A stretch of 64,000 nucleotides of DNA, from the NCBI RefSeq assembly GCF_033153115.1, contig NW_026889764.1, positions 4,092,001 through 4,156,000 of the forward strand, written 5' to 3'. Made by a program: the position numbers and the translations under genes. The stretch is from Saccostrea echinata (Eukaryota). The notes beneath the pieces are model-generated. The model searched no databases. It was not told the origin of the DNA and saw only the letters and a program-made list of their open reading frames with translations. Position 1 is the stretch's first letter, and each line of letters begins with the position of its first letter. Below are positions 49,945 through 62,424 of this stretch, piece after piece.

Positions 49945-51700
49945 AAAAATCTTCAAACAAACAAAGTTGTGAACAGGGCATAAAACAAGGACCCCCTTAA
50001 ACTCCAGAGGTAGGATCAGGTGTCTAGGAGGAGTAAGCATCCCTTGTCTACCGGTCACACCCGCCGTGAGACATATGAATTGATTAGGTAGAAGAAGCAA
50101 TCCATAGTCAAATTTAGTGTAAAAACAATCGCTAAACACTTGGTATGAAACAAGTCGGCCAAAATATGACCAATGATAGGTTATGTTTGCTAACAAGGTC
50201 ATTATAACGACGCACAGAATGTTGACTTTAAATAAGGTTATTGAAATCCTTTTAACATCAACTTATCTGTAAGTAACCCGATTCGGTTTAAAAATGATCA
50301 GAGATGATACTCGGAGAATACTCTTAAGTATCGAATAAGTTTGAAGACGTAAACACCGCATGCAGGTGATAGCGGAATGTTACTACATTAATAGAGAAAG
50401 TTGATGGAAAAGTTTAAGTCATCTTGTTTGTCATACAATTCGGCTGTTAGTTTGCCCTTATCGTCTGCAGTCAGTTAAACAACCAAATATGAAGGAAATG
50501 TGACAGACTCTGTGATGTCTTTTAGTTCAAGTTCACTGGGATATATCGAGTCGTGTTAATTGATCAAACGTCTTCGATATATCTGAAAGTCCAGTTGAAG
50601 GTCTCAGCAAATGTTTGAATTCTTCTTCTCATGTAGAAGATTTTGTCAATGAATAAATTCTGCTTCATCGGAATATGAAAACTGGTCGGCTAATAAAGGA
50701 GCACAAATAGTTCCCATCGAAATTTCAACAGTTTTTTGGAAGATCAGATCTCAAAAAAACTACATAAATGTTGTCAGTGGGGAATCTTTTTAATGTCAAG
50801 TTCAGAGTACTCTTGTGTACAATCAGAATGATTTTTATCAATGTAATTCTGTTGATGACCAAAAAACAAGTTAAAAAAAACTTCCGAGTTCCATTTTTAC
50901 TGAAGTAGCAATTGTCTATGATATTAAAAAAACATAGTTTTTAATTTATTATCATGAGGGATGGTTGTATAAAATGAAGAAAGGTTGTACGTTTTTCCTG
51001 TTGTTCTTTGAAGTTTTTGAGAATCCACATCTGATTTACATCGCTTCTAGAATATGCTTTAACACAGTACGTCTGAAGTCTCTCATTTACAGCAGTTAAC
51101 AATTTTGTGAGGAGTAAAGATAGGTGCTTGGTAAAGCATCTGCTGGACACGGCTACATATATGTATGTATCTCTGTTTATGAGAGAAGTTTAAGAATCCA
51201 GTATATAGGTAGGGTATATCGAACTCACCTTGCATGACTGGAATGTTTAAAGTATTAAACAATGAAATGTGATTTTGAAGAATTTCATCTTTAGAAAGTG
51301 AACTTTAAGTATAATTTGGAATTTGGATTTCCAGACCTAGAATTAAAACTAAATTCAATAAACAAAGTCATAGTAATGAGCTTTACAAACAAAGAAGAAA
51401 TAGTTACAAACCTTGTCTGTTGGGACCATATCATATTGTTCAATTAGTCTTTCTAATTCTTTTATCACCCCCAATTTAGTGAAAAAGGAAAAAATAAATA
51501 TAGTTCGCATATTGCCTTTTTACTCTCTAATACACTCCTTCATATATTTCTGAAACACTTAATCCACTCTGACGAAGTGTTCAGGTCTTCCTTTTCATAT
51601 ATAACCCAACATCTGACATAATCATCTCAATAATTCATAAAAGAAATGGAGTTCTATTTCCAATTGAAAGATCGAGGCTCACTATTTAGGACATTTTAAT
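49945..51700 (-). mobile_element. Degraded Penelope-like retroelement (RT remnant, possibly Naiad-type)
   Basis: Minus-strand fragments VPTDK..., HLSLLLTKLLTAV...NQMWILKN, ISMGTICAPLLAD (RT motif B) and FRYIEDV (YIDD-like), plus a conserved 3' structured motif at 50009-50067; many stops and frameshifts. Confidence 0.7.
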
Positions 51701-51762
51701 ACAATGGATTTAAGTCTTCATTTTCAGCTATATTAACATCACGAGTAATGACGTTTCCAGCG

Positions 51763-52960
51763 TATGGTGTTCCGTTGGGACCTCTCGCACCTTCGCACTC
51801 TCGCCTTTAGGGCGAAGATGCGAGAGTAAGAAGTAGCGAAGGCGAAAGAGCGAAGGCGAAGGAGCGAAAGTGCGTAGATGCGACGGCGAAGTGCGAAGAT
51901 GCGATGGCAAAGCGCGAAGATGCGAGAGCGAAAGTGCGAAGTTGCGAAGGCGAAAGTGCGATATTAATATCGCTCCTTCGCCTTCGCACCCTCGCACTCT
52001 CGCCTTTGCATTTTCACACCCTCGCACTTTCGCCTTTGCAACTTTGCACTCTCGCATTTTCCCCTAAAGGCGAGAGTGCGAAGGCGAAGTTGCGAAGGCG
52101 AAGGAGCGAAAGTGCGAAGATACGACGGCGAGGCTGCGAAGGCGAAGGAGCGATACTAATATCGCACTTTCGCCTTCGCAACTTCGCACTTTCAACTTCG
52201 CACTTTCGCCTTCGCATTTTACTTCTATGGAGCTCTTTATCGTTATGAGTTAACTTTAGTGGACTCTTGGATGTTATTGGTACGCATGCGCTAGATTAGT
52301 GTGACGGCGCAAAAATGGATGCTAAGCAATGGTTGAAATTCATTGTACAATGACGATTTTACTAATGAATATACACTTGCTTTTTTATGAATCGAGAAAT
52401 ATTGTAATTGATAACTTGACACTCTAATTTTATATACAATGGTAGATTATATACTGTAATGATGGTAAATGATTGTTGTACCTGGTGCACGAGCAAAATT
52501 ATAGATATATATGTATTCGTAGTGGTGGTGTGCATCACAATCTCAACTAAAGGACATGGAACATAAGATTTTATCATGATCGATAAACTGTAAAAAGTTT
52601 GATTTTGAGATATTGATTTATCCTTGTGTAATATAAATGTGCATATATGCAGTAGATGTGCTTCGATCTACATTGTAAGCATACGATAGAGAACGCCACC
52701 AAAAAAAAAAGGTGAAGGCGAAATTGCGAAGGTGCGAGGGCGAAAATGCGAAGTTGCAGAGGCGAAAGTGCGATACTAGTATCGCTCCTTCTCCGTCGCA
52801 CCTTCGCCCTCGTAACTTCGCGCTTCGCCGTCGCATCTTCGCATTTCGCTCCTTCGCCTTCGCAATTTCGCACTTTCGCCTTCGCAACTTCGCACTCTCG
52901 CATCTTCGCCCTAAAGGCGAGGTGCGAGTGGCCCCAACGGAACACCATAGAAACACCATA
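51763..52960. mobile_element. IS3EU-like non-autonomous DNA transposon with GCGAA-rich subterminal arrays
   Basis: Termini TATGGTGTT...AACACCATA, long imperfect TIRs, exact 6-bp TSD CCAGCG (51757-51762 and 52961-52966); 6-7-nt GCGAAG/GCGAAAG modules at 51785-52215 and 52712-52920. Confidence 0.75.
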
Positions 52961-53485
52961 CCAGCGGGACTGCAGTTGACAGGAGCAGAAAAAGAACACG
53001 TAAGAGGACTTTGTTTTCGATGTTAAATATGTAACTTATTAGATCATTGAAATGACAAATTAGATACAACATTAAAATAATGACACACACATAACATACA
53101 CAGGGTACTGTAACAGAGTACATGTATGTGCAACATGGAAAGTAATTGATAATTGAAAGGAATAAACATAGATACCAAACTATACAGAACATTTAGAGTT
53201 TAAACGAGAAACATTCGGGGAAAAGTACCAAAATACACAACAAAATACAAAACATTCTGGGTGTCTTGTTAATGAAATTACGAAAAATATAATTAACCTA
53301 AAAAAAGGTTTTTTTCATCTCAATCGGATGAGTAGTTGCTAGAATGTTCACCTCAAGGACAAAAAAGTACCGAAAGAATTATTAAATGATCGTTTGTTAT
53401 GATACAATGAAACACCCAGCATTTCGTATTTATCTAATGGTAAGTAAATATTTCTGTATTTTTTTTTAGCTTAGATAAAAGATCG

Positions 53486-53550
53486 ATTGATTGTATATTG
53501 TTTTGCGTCCGCTTCGAGAATTTTTTCATTCATATAGAGACGTCACCATA
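53486..53550 (-). mobile_element. SINE tail fragment
   Basis: gattgattg...ttcgagaattttttcattcata matches 47729-47780. Confidence 0.45.
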
Positions 53551-54109
53551 TCCTGGGAAAGTGCTTCAATTTTTGGATTAATTTTATCCGTTTTTACATC
53601 ACAAAATTAAATACCATAAGGTTAAAAAAATTAAAATTATTGATTAATTGCAATAGCATCCTTCCCACAATTTATAATATGATGCTTTATTTTATCTTGA
53701 AATCTTAGCCTCCGCTATTAAAGTAATACGCTATATAACATAAAAGAAATATCCCATTATATGCACATATGCAAATCCTATAGCTACTATAATTTTGTCC
53801 AAGTGTATTATCAACATTTTATGAATTTCTTCAAACAGTACTAAGTAATGGTTTCAATATGCCAGAAAAATGATGAAAATCTTTTATGTATGATGGAGGG
53901 AGTGCAGAAGTGTTTATGCAGATGCATAAATTGTGCACTTTCTTTATTGACTCTTAATGCAATTTACAAATTAAAAAAAACTTTCCAGGCCCTTAGGAAG
54001 CCATTTGAGTGGAAGGGGGAGGAAGGGGGGGGGGCAACCGAACATAGATAAGAAAATCTTCGATTAAAAAGACTAAGATAAAAAAAAAAATTTAAAAAGT
54101 TATAAAACA

Positions 54110-55020
54110 TCACCTGCATAGGGGGTTTATGTCTCCCAGTTGATTAGACGCAAGAGCAAGCTCTTCGTACGATCAATTTCTCAAAAGAGGCAGGTTATTG
54201 ACAAATAAGTTACTGATACAAGGATATCTAGATTCTCGTTTAATTTCAACATATTTCAAATTCTATGGTCGATACAATGACCTTGTTTGCAACAAGCCGA
54301 ATGTTGACTGACGTCTTTCATACAAACTGATATTTTCACACTGAATTGTTTACAGATTTTTCTGTTTGTCGTGACAAAAAAGACATGTCAGGCGTGACCC
54401 ATCGACTGGGGATACTAACTCCTCCATGACACCTTATCCAAAATCTGTTTACAGAGGCCCAGTTTGTATTATTTGATTGAACTTTGAGAGTGATTACTGT
54501 TCGTTATCTCAACATGAAATATGGAGATAACGAACAGTATTCAAGCTCAAACGTCCATTAAAACAATACAAATCGGGAGCAGAGCAAACACAGACCTTCA
54601 AAAACAGAGGTGGGATCAGGTGCCATGGAGGAGTGAGCATCCCCTGCCGACCGGTTACACCCGCCGTGTGCTCCTTGTCATGATCGGTAAATAACGGAAA
54701 AATCCGTTCGACAAATCAGTGTGTAAAAAAATTGGCCTAACAATTACAAACTAACAAATTCATGATCATTGTACCGACCATAGAACCTACGAAATGATGA
54801 CTTTAAACGAGACTGTTGATATTCCTGTTTCATCAACTTGTTTGTCAATAACTTACCTCGTTTTAGAAATTGTTCAAACGTAGAGTCTGTTCTTGTGTAT
54901 CGAATCAACTGAGAGATATACACCCAATATGCAGGTGATAAGGGTGTTTTGCTGCATAAGTAAGGGAAGTTGACGATTGAAAAGTTAAAGTCATCACGTT
55001 TATCATAAAGCTTTGTTGGT
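54110..55020. mobile_element. Two Penelope-like 3' fragments in tail-to-tail inverted orientation
   Basis: Minus-strand KLYDKRDDFNFSIVNFPYLCS...YISQLIRY...FYGRYND; plus-strand counterpart at 54110-54500; junction palindrome ACTGTTCGTTATCTC...GAGATAACGAACAGT at ~54497-54538. Confidence 0.7.
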
Positions 55021-55433
55021 GTAATCTGGTTCCCGCTAAAAATTGAAAATGCCATAATTCCGTGAAAAATCAGTGAAGCGGAATGAAATTCAAACTTGAT
55101 TTATAACTCATCATGGTAAAGTCACATACCAAAAATCAGCTCAATATCTGCAACGTTTAGAAAAAAATTGCGGAAAACCCTGAAAAATTGAAAAGGACGT
55201 AATTCCGCCAAAAATCATTGAAGCGGAACGAAATGCAAACTTGATCTGTAGCTCATCAAGATACACTCACATACAAAAAAAGCTCAATATCTGCAAGCAT
55301 TTAGAAAAAAGTGCGGAAAACCAAGTGGGACAGACTGACAGAGGGACAGACGGACAGCTAGACAGACAGACGGACGGACAGACTCAGAGGAAACCTATAG
55401 TCCCCTCCGGTTTCACCGGTAGGGGACTAATAA
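55020..55433 (-). mobile_element. Helentron/HINE-like element, family B (truncated)
   Basis: Closely matches the reverse complement of ~42895-43350; lacks the GTATTGC/GCAATAC end. Confidence 0.75.
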
Positions 55434-55989
55434 GGGAAATGACAAAAGAAAAGTTGAAGTCATCACAATTATCATAAAGTTAGTTGTTTGTTTATCATCA
55501 ATGTCTTTCATTTGATATGGTTGCTCAATGCGTTTACAATATTCACTTGTTATAGACGACTTTCCTGTGCCTTTAAAACCATGGATAACAATAACAATAT
55601 TATCATTTGATTTTTCTCTACTAATGTCTGCAGTTCTGTTTTTGAGTTTTGAGTAGTAATTCTGCCATTATGTAGAACTTTAAATGACAGGTATCAGACT
55701 GAGTATGTTAACATTTATTACGGAAATTAACATTGATATATACAAGTACCTATAACTAGAATTTAATGAATTGACTTTTATCCCACGTAGAAGTTTAATT
55801 TGACATTTGAAATCAAATGCATTGTACATTTGCTTTGATTATTATCTGCTGAAGAGTAAAACATGCATAGGCTTCTCTGGAAAAAAAAACTTAAATCATT
55901 TTGTATTCCTTGCTTTTAAATACTCATTACAAACAAAGAGGCATATCTTAATTAAACACAAATAGTATAACACTACATTTGACTCGAGT

Positions 55990-58900
55990 TTATCGTGTTT
56001 CACTTCCCACATCAAACGTTTTAATAATACCATCATATTCACGTTTGATTCTAATAAGACGTCCAGATGTCTCTTCGCGTTTATTGAAATCTTTTGAATT
56101 TTCAAATGCTACAATCAGTCGGTGTAATTCACCCTTTGCACGGTTTAGAGTTAATAACATTTCTTCTTTCAATCCTAGAGTGAACTGAACGTCAATCAAT
56201 AACTCAATACAATCAATAATGACAAGATTGACAGGGTTCTGTTCAATAATTAGATCACATAATCTTAATTCAATTTGTAAAATTCTTTCAGCTTTTTTAA
56301 ATTTTCCAAGAGATATAAGACACTTTGCATAATTGTAAGCGAGATCAAGTAAAGTAAGATCTGTCACTGATATTTTATATTTCAATTCAAGCGCCTGTTT
56401 GTAGGCTGGTACTGCCTTTTCAAAATTTCCTAATTTCATGTAAGCTTTCCCAAGAATCTCAAAAAGCATAGATCGAGCATCATAGTAATAATCGGATATA
56501 TTTTCAAACCGCTGAAGACTATTGGTAAGCAGAATTACGGCCTTTTCATTTTGACCCATTTCTATTAAATTTTCTGCAACATTTCTTTCAGAGACTATTA
56601 TAGCCTTTAGAGGGGCTTTTGTCTCCAACTTTATCTCTAAACTTTTTTGGAAGAAATGCGCTGCCTTTTCCCGGTCTCCTTTATTTTTATACATTATTCC
56701 CATGTTGTTCATTACAGAACCAATAATAGGGTGCTTCTCTGTTCCAATAACGTGGAGTCTTCGTCTTAACACTTCAAGTTGCAAAGGTTCACCTTTCCCG
56801 ATACGGCCTGTTAAAATTGAAAGATTTGCTTATATTTACGTATCCTTATACCTAAACTTTTACCTCATGATTCGGTTTTTACCTTACCTGATATATTGTA
56901 AAATATTGCAAGGTTCTGCATTGTTTGAAGGATAAGGTGTTCATAGTACATTTTCTGTTCCTTTTCGACTTCAAGTGCCATTTCTAAAACACTAGTAAAT
57001 GTACGAAAATCAGTGAACATAAATTACCTGCACATGAAAGAAATTTCTAAAATGAAAATACAAATATCCCCGCTGGAAAATTGTCTCAATGACAATTGTA
57101 GGTTTCTTAGTGACACCACTCAGTATTTAAAAAATAAAATTACAATCGAAGATTATATTTGTATTACCTAAAAGATTCCGTAAACTTCCCTTGACATCCA
57201 AGATTCCAACCGTAACTTTGACATAAGTGAGCAAGGTAAAAGTCTCTTCTTTCGGGATGGCGTTTTCTTAATTCAAATGCAACTCGAAACATGTCCTCTC
57301 CCTCGTCATAATTTCCCTAAAATTCATTTGACGTCATTGGATTTTAAAAATAATTGGATGGATTTATTTCTGTGAAAATATGTTAATCATAAAATAAATT
57401 GGATTGTGACAACCAATTCATTTATACCTTAATGTTCGTGAGGACCCTTCCATATCCTGTTAACACTTTAGATTCATCTATTTCCTCTTTGAACTCTCTA
57501 GTTTTTTGCAAGCATTTCTCAAAATATTCTATACCAAACTCTGTCAAAGAACACTCAAATATCAAATATATTCACTGCGTCGTTTTCTTTTCTTAGTTAA
57601 TATAAATAACATTTCCAAAGAAAATTTTGCGGAAAGAATTTCTTCTAAATCTTCTCAATAAAGATTTGCAGAGTTGTTTAGCCCATTCTCTAGTTTTCAG
57701 TAATTTAAATTGTTTCTGTCAGTAAATTGAGCTTATCATCAGTAATTTCGTGTTGGTTATACCTTGGCTCATTTGATATCTTTTAGATATGAATAATTTT
57801 ATTGCTATGTTCTTATCTGTTTTTTTTCATCATGTATCATACATTATTAATAAATGGGACTTCGTATATAAATCATTATCCCTATCATTACTTAAGTCTT
57901 AAAATTACATAGGGAAAACAACTAAAATTCGGAGCATGAGCATGACTAATACACGTAGGTCAATTAATATTCGTTATAGTAAGCAGCTCTGTATGGTTCG
58001 TACCGTATGTTGTCATGGCAGTGAATAGAATAGCTCCGTCTGCAATAGTGGTGGCTGCTAAATCTACAAACACAGGGTACGTGTCCTCTGTGCAATGAAT
58101 GACGTCAGTGAACAGTTGCTGAAAATTTTGGTGTTCCACATTCAACATACACATCGCCCCTGCGTAATCTTCTGTTTGTGATTTCTTCTCTATTTCTTTT
58201 AATATATTCGCAAATGTTTGACAAAATCTTCTTCGAACACCTATAATATGTAATAATAATTTATTCTTGAATTAGACTTTCTGTAATTGAAAATTGAAAA
58301 TCACTATCAAATGAGATTTACCTTCTAAATCTTTAATTTTTAAATATTCCCGTATACAATCTCGCAGGATTCCATGAATGTTGAGTCTTCCCGTAAGATC
58401 AGGCGATACATGATGGTGCTGAAGTAGGGTTCGTAATGAATCCTGACTTTCTTGGTCGGAAATTCCTTTCAAATATTAAAGTGTCATAATTTGTTTTATT
58501 GTGATTATTTGATGAATAAAGGAGATAAATATGTATTGGAGTAGATACCTAAAATTTCCGTGACCTCTTCTTCGTTAAATGATCCAGGTATGTAGTTAAT
58601 GACCGCCAAATGTTCTTTTAAAGTCGCTGAGAGGCGATCCAAAAATCCTTTATACATTGAATCTGAAAATGTATGAGTATACATTAAAACTTTGTTTCAA
58701 ATATTTGTAAATTATCGGCAAAGCTTTTCCCTGATGTACTTATATATGTAAACAAGAGGCCCAGGGGCCACATCGCTCACCTGAGCACTTTGGCTAGGAA
58801 AAAGCAGAATTCACTTTAGTATTGAAAAGTTTAAATATAGAAAGGGGTATGATTTAAACACTTGGATCTACACTTCCTATGGATGCTTTTTGAATTAATA

Positions 58901-59656
58901 TGACACATAATGGCTTTGCTGTTCTTGAGATGGAAATTTTTATTGATATATCCTTTATAATTCCTTTGTATAACTATGATCCCCCTGTTATGGCCGCTCT
59001 ATTCTCGTGGGGGAGGAGGGAGGGGGGTATCATGATTTGAACAAATTTAAATCTACATTACCAGAGGATGCTTTTTTATTATTATGACCAATTATGGGCT
59101 TGTTCTTGTGAAGAATTTTAAATATTTTTCCTGTGTATTCCTAGTATATAAAACTTTGATCACCCTTTGTGGCCCGACCTTAGCCCTGGGGGTTATGATC
59201 TGAACAAACTTGAATCTGCACTACCTAAGGATTCTTGCATATCACAGCTTTGGTGTTCTCTAGAAGATTTTTGAAATATTTTTCTTATGTATTCCTTTGT
59301 AAAACTTTGATCACTCATTGTGGCCCCACCCTAACCCCAGGGGTTATGATTTGAACAAACTTGAATCTGCACTACCTGGGGATGCTTCCACATAAATAAG
59401 ACCAGTCCCAGCTTTGGTGTTCTCGAGAAGAAGATTTTTTAAAAGATTTTTCTTATGTATTCCTATGTAAAACTTTGATCCCCCATTGTGGCCCCACCCT
59501 AACCCTGGGGGTCATGATTTGAACAAATTTGAATTTTTACTACCTCACAATGATTCCACATAAGTTTCATGTTTTCAAGCACAGTAGTTCTTGAGAAGAA
59601 TTTTAAATGATGCCATTAGTTTTTCACAAAATCATAATTATCTCCCGTTGAAAGAA

Positions 59657-59704
<48 letters not shown>

Positions 59705-60636
59705 ACTTTTGGCAAGTTTGGTTGAAATTGGCCCATTGGTTCTTGAGAAGAAGATGAAAATGTGAAACGCTTACGACAAAGACAACAACGAGAACGACGA
59801 CGACGACAGACAACGGACAAATTTCGATCAGAGTAGCTCACTTGAGCCTTCGGCAGATTTCTTAAATTTACCCAATAATTACTTAAATATCATATTTCAA
59901 CAAATTATTTAAAAAGATTATTCTATCTCTTACCTACTCGTTCGTCTTGAACGTAATATTCCGAGCTCAGTATCCTTAATCTGCTCCTACTAAGAAGCTC
60001 AATAATATCATCTGCATCCAGAGGGTTACTGTCATCTGCAATTTCGGCTCCAGACAGAATTAATGCCAGAGGGATGCCCTCACAAAGTTCTACGATTTTT
60101 CCAATTTTAGTTGCCTCTATCAGTGAAGGACATACATATCGAAATAATTTCACAGAGTCTTGATGACACATTGGACGTAAGTGAAAATCCTCGAAATTTT
60201 CTCTCCACATCGATAAACAAGTAATAGATGTTACCAAAATTTTGATGTATTTTGTTCGAGCAAGACTCTCAATAATGTGATTTGCAAATTCAAATTGACT
60301 TTCGTTGAATATATCTTCAGCATTATCGAAAATTATTAGATAAGATGCTTTCCTGTAGGCAATATTTTCTGTGAGAATAACCAACATTTCGTCAAGGCTC
60401 TCGTTGGTAAAGGCCTCATATAAAAAATGACGACCTAAAGCTTTAAGTAATCCTTCACAATTAACAACATTTTTTAAATCTACCCAAATAGATTTACAAT
60501 CGACCAAGTCACAAAACCGTCGTGCTATTGACGATTTTCCTATAGCTTTCAATCCGTGAATGACGATTACATCAGACTTAATGTATTTATTCATTACCTC
60601 TCCGAGTTCTTCGTCTCTTCCTATAAAGGTAGCCAT
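55990..60636 (-). CDS. NB-ARC (STAND NTPase)-TPR protein, NLR-like, ~793 aa, 8 exons
   Basis: Exons 60636-59934, 58662-58549, 58465-58322, 58240-58004, 57540-57428, 57316-57168, 56991-56888 and 56807-55990; all GT-AG and phase-consistent. Motifs: FIGR, Walker A GLKAIGKS, Walker B YLIIFDNAED, KILVTS, GxP CEGIPLAL, MHD-equivalent IHG. C-terminal TPR-like repeats (e.g. HPIIGSVMNNMGIMYKNKGDREKAAHFFQKSLEIK). Confidence 0.9.
58750..59854 (-). mobile_element. Helentron/HINE-like element, family A, filling intron 1 of the NB-ARC-TPR gene
   Basis: aaacaagaGGCCCAGGGGCC...GCTCACCTGAGC at one end; ~5 units of ~150-180 bp (atgatttgaacaaa...gaatct); (GAC)n; the other end is truncated after GCTCACTTGAGCCTTCGGC. 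Confidence 0.8.
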
Positions 60637-62424
60637 CTTGTTTATTCTCTACATATAAGAACTTGCGTCGTTTCTACTGTTCGTACTTCAGCAAAATTTA
60701 TTCAAAAAGAACAATGCTATATAAGCATGATAACAATCCATTTATTTGCCCTCTTCTGGGTTTAAAAAACCGTACCTGAATGCAAAGTGTGAATTATTTC
60801 TACAGGTATATGATACTTTCTCATAGAAGGACCATTACTCATACTTTTCAGAATTGTCTTAAACAAAGTCATTTAATTTCTTTCAAAACTAAGAAACTTA
60901 ATCTTAAACAACGCTATTTATATATATAAAAAAAAAAAAAAAATAACCGATCCAGAGATCCAGGACCAACAGTGGCTGTCAGCTATCATCCGCAACTGTA
61001 CTCGGCAATGCTGGTACCGGACATCCATGACTGTACCTGCTCACTAATATCAAAAACGGAATGTCAGAGCAAGATTTTCCGGATTGTTCAACGTATTAAA
61101 CTATATGTTGTTGATTAAGTATGGATTGTTTTTTAATGAAAAATACGAAATGTGTTAATATGGAGGAAAGAAAATTTCTGATTTTAAATAAATCTACTTT
61201 ATGGAAGGCTGTAATCGCCAAAACGGTAACAATAACTGGCTTAGTGAATATATCGCGGAAAATATATGTAAGCTTGACTATGCCTAAATCCATTGTATGA
61301 ATCGCTATTATCTCTAAAAAGTAACATTTACTACAGCGTACATTTTGTATATCTATGACTGTATCCTGTGCCTGATATACAACATCTGCGACTGTACCTG
61401 TGCCGTACATACACACTACCACTGACTCAACTCGAGCTTGATTAATAACATCCACAACAAAAAATTCTGTGGATTTTCTCCGATTTAGATTTAGACTGAA
61501 TTCAATCAAAGCGCAATTAACGCTAATCTTTATATAACCCATGACAGTGATACCGAGACAAACGATGTCAGCAGTAATTAGGGAAGGATCCAAAACTTTT
61601 ACAGATTTAAGTTTAAAGCTTTATGTTCAGAGTACAATATGAGCCAGGTCTTTAATTTTTTTTTTGGGGGGGGGGGCTGGGGGCATGATTTCAATATCCA
61701 AAGTGCTCAATAATAATGATGAATTTAAAATGAAACATGCTAGTATAATTATAGAAAATATGCGAATAAACAATAAACAAAATAAAATAAAAAAGGAAAT
61801 TAAAATAAATATTGGAATTAATTTGTAATCCTTAATTTTATGTTAGAAAGTATAAGTACGTCACAATATTATTAATTTCACCCATTTCATTGATCACGCA
61901 AGTGGTGTCAATGAAAAACACAGGTTTTTTCCCATAAATATATGTCTTACGATATATACGGGTGGAATGGGCTGATTCACCCGTTTTCAATGTGTTATAT
62001 ATAAACATCTCAAGTGCACCCCAGGAAGTAGCCTCCTATGCCCTGCATGAAAAAGAATAGATCCTGACAAAAAAAAACTTTATTTATTTACAAAGTACAT
62101 AAAATTTACTAGGCACAGGCATCAAAGTTGTAAAAATAGACTGGAAGACCCCCCCCCCCTCCCCCCCGAAAAAAAATAAATTCTCAAAAGAAATAAAAAT
62201 TAATTTTATATGCATGGAACAATTAACATCTTGACTGGTCGATAACCGTGGTGTGATACCTGAAATATGTAGGGTATGGTATTAAAATAATTGATCATAT
62301 TAAAGGAAATTAATGCTATAATTATCGATAACATCCGAAGAAAATATTTGTATAAGTAAATATTTTTATTAGATCCACCTCTCTAAGATTCTGCTGTACT
62401 ATCCAGACAACTCTAGAAATTTTA

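Noticed and set aside
51728-53026. Arg/Ala-rich ORFs on both strands
   Set aside because: By-products of the GCGAA modules of the IS3EU-like element; no domain content.
57015-57040. CAG|GTAA motif in an NB-ARC-TPR intron as a recursive or alternative splice site
   Set aside because: The intron is only ~175 nt, and using this acceptor gives an immediate in-frame stop.
61096-61593. 165-aa minus-strand ORF as a possible upstream effector exon of the NB-ARC gene
   Set aside because: Non-ATG start, partly made of decayed 32-bp minisatellite units, and no recognisable domain.
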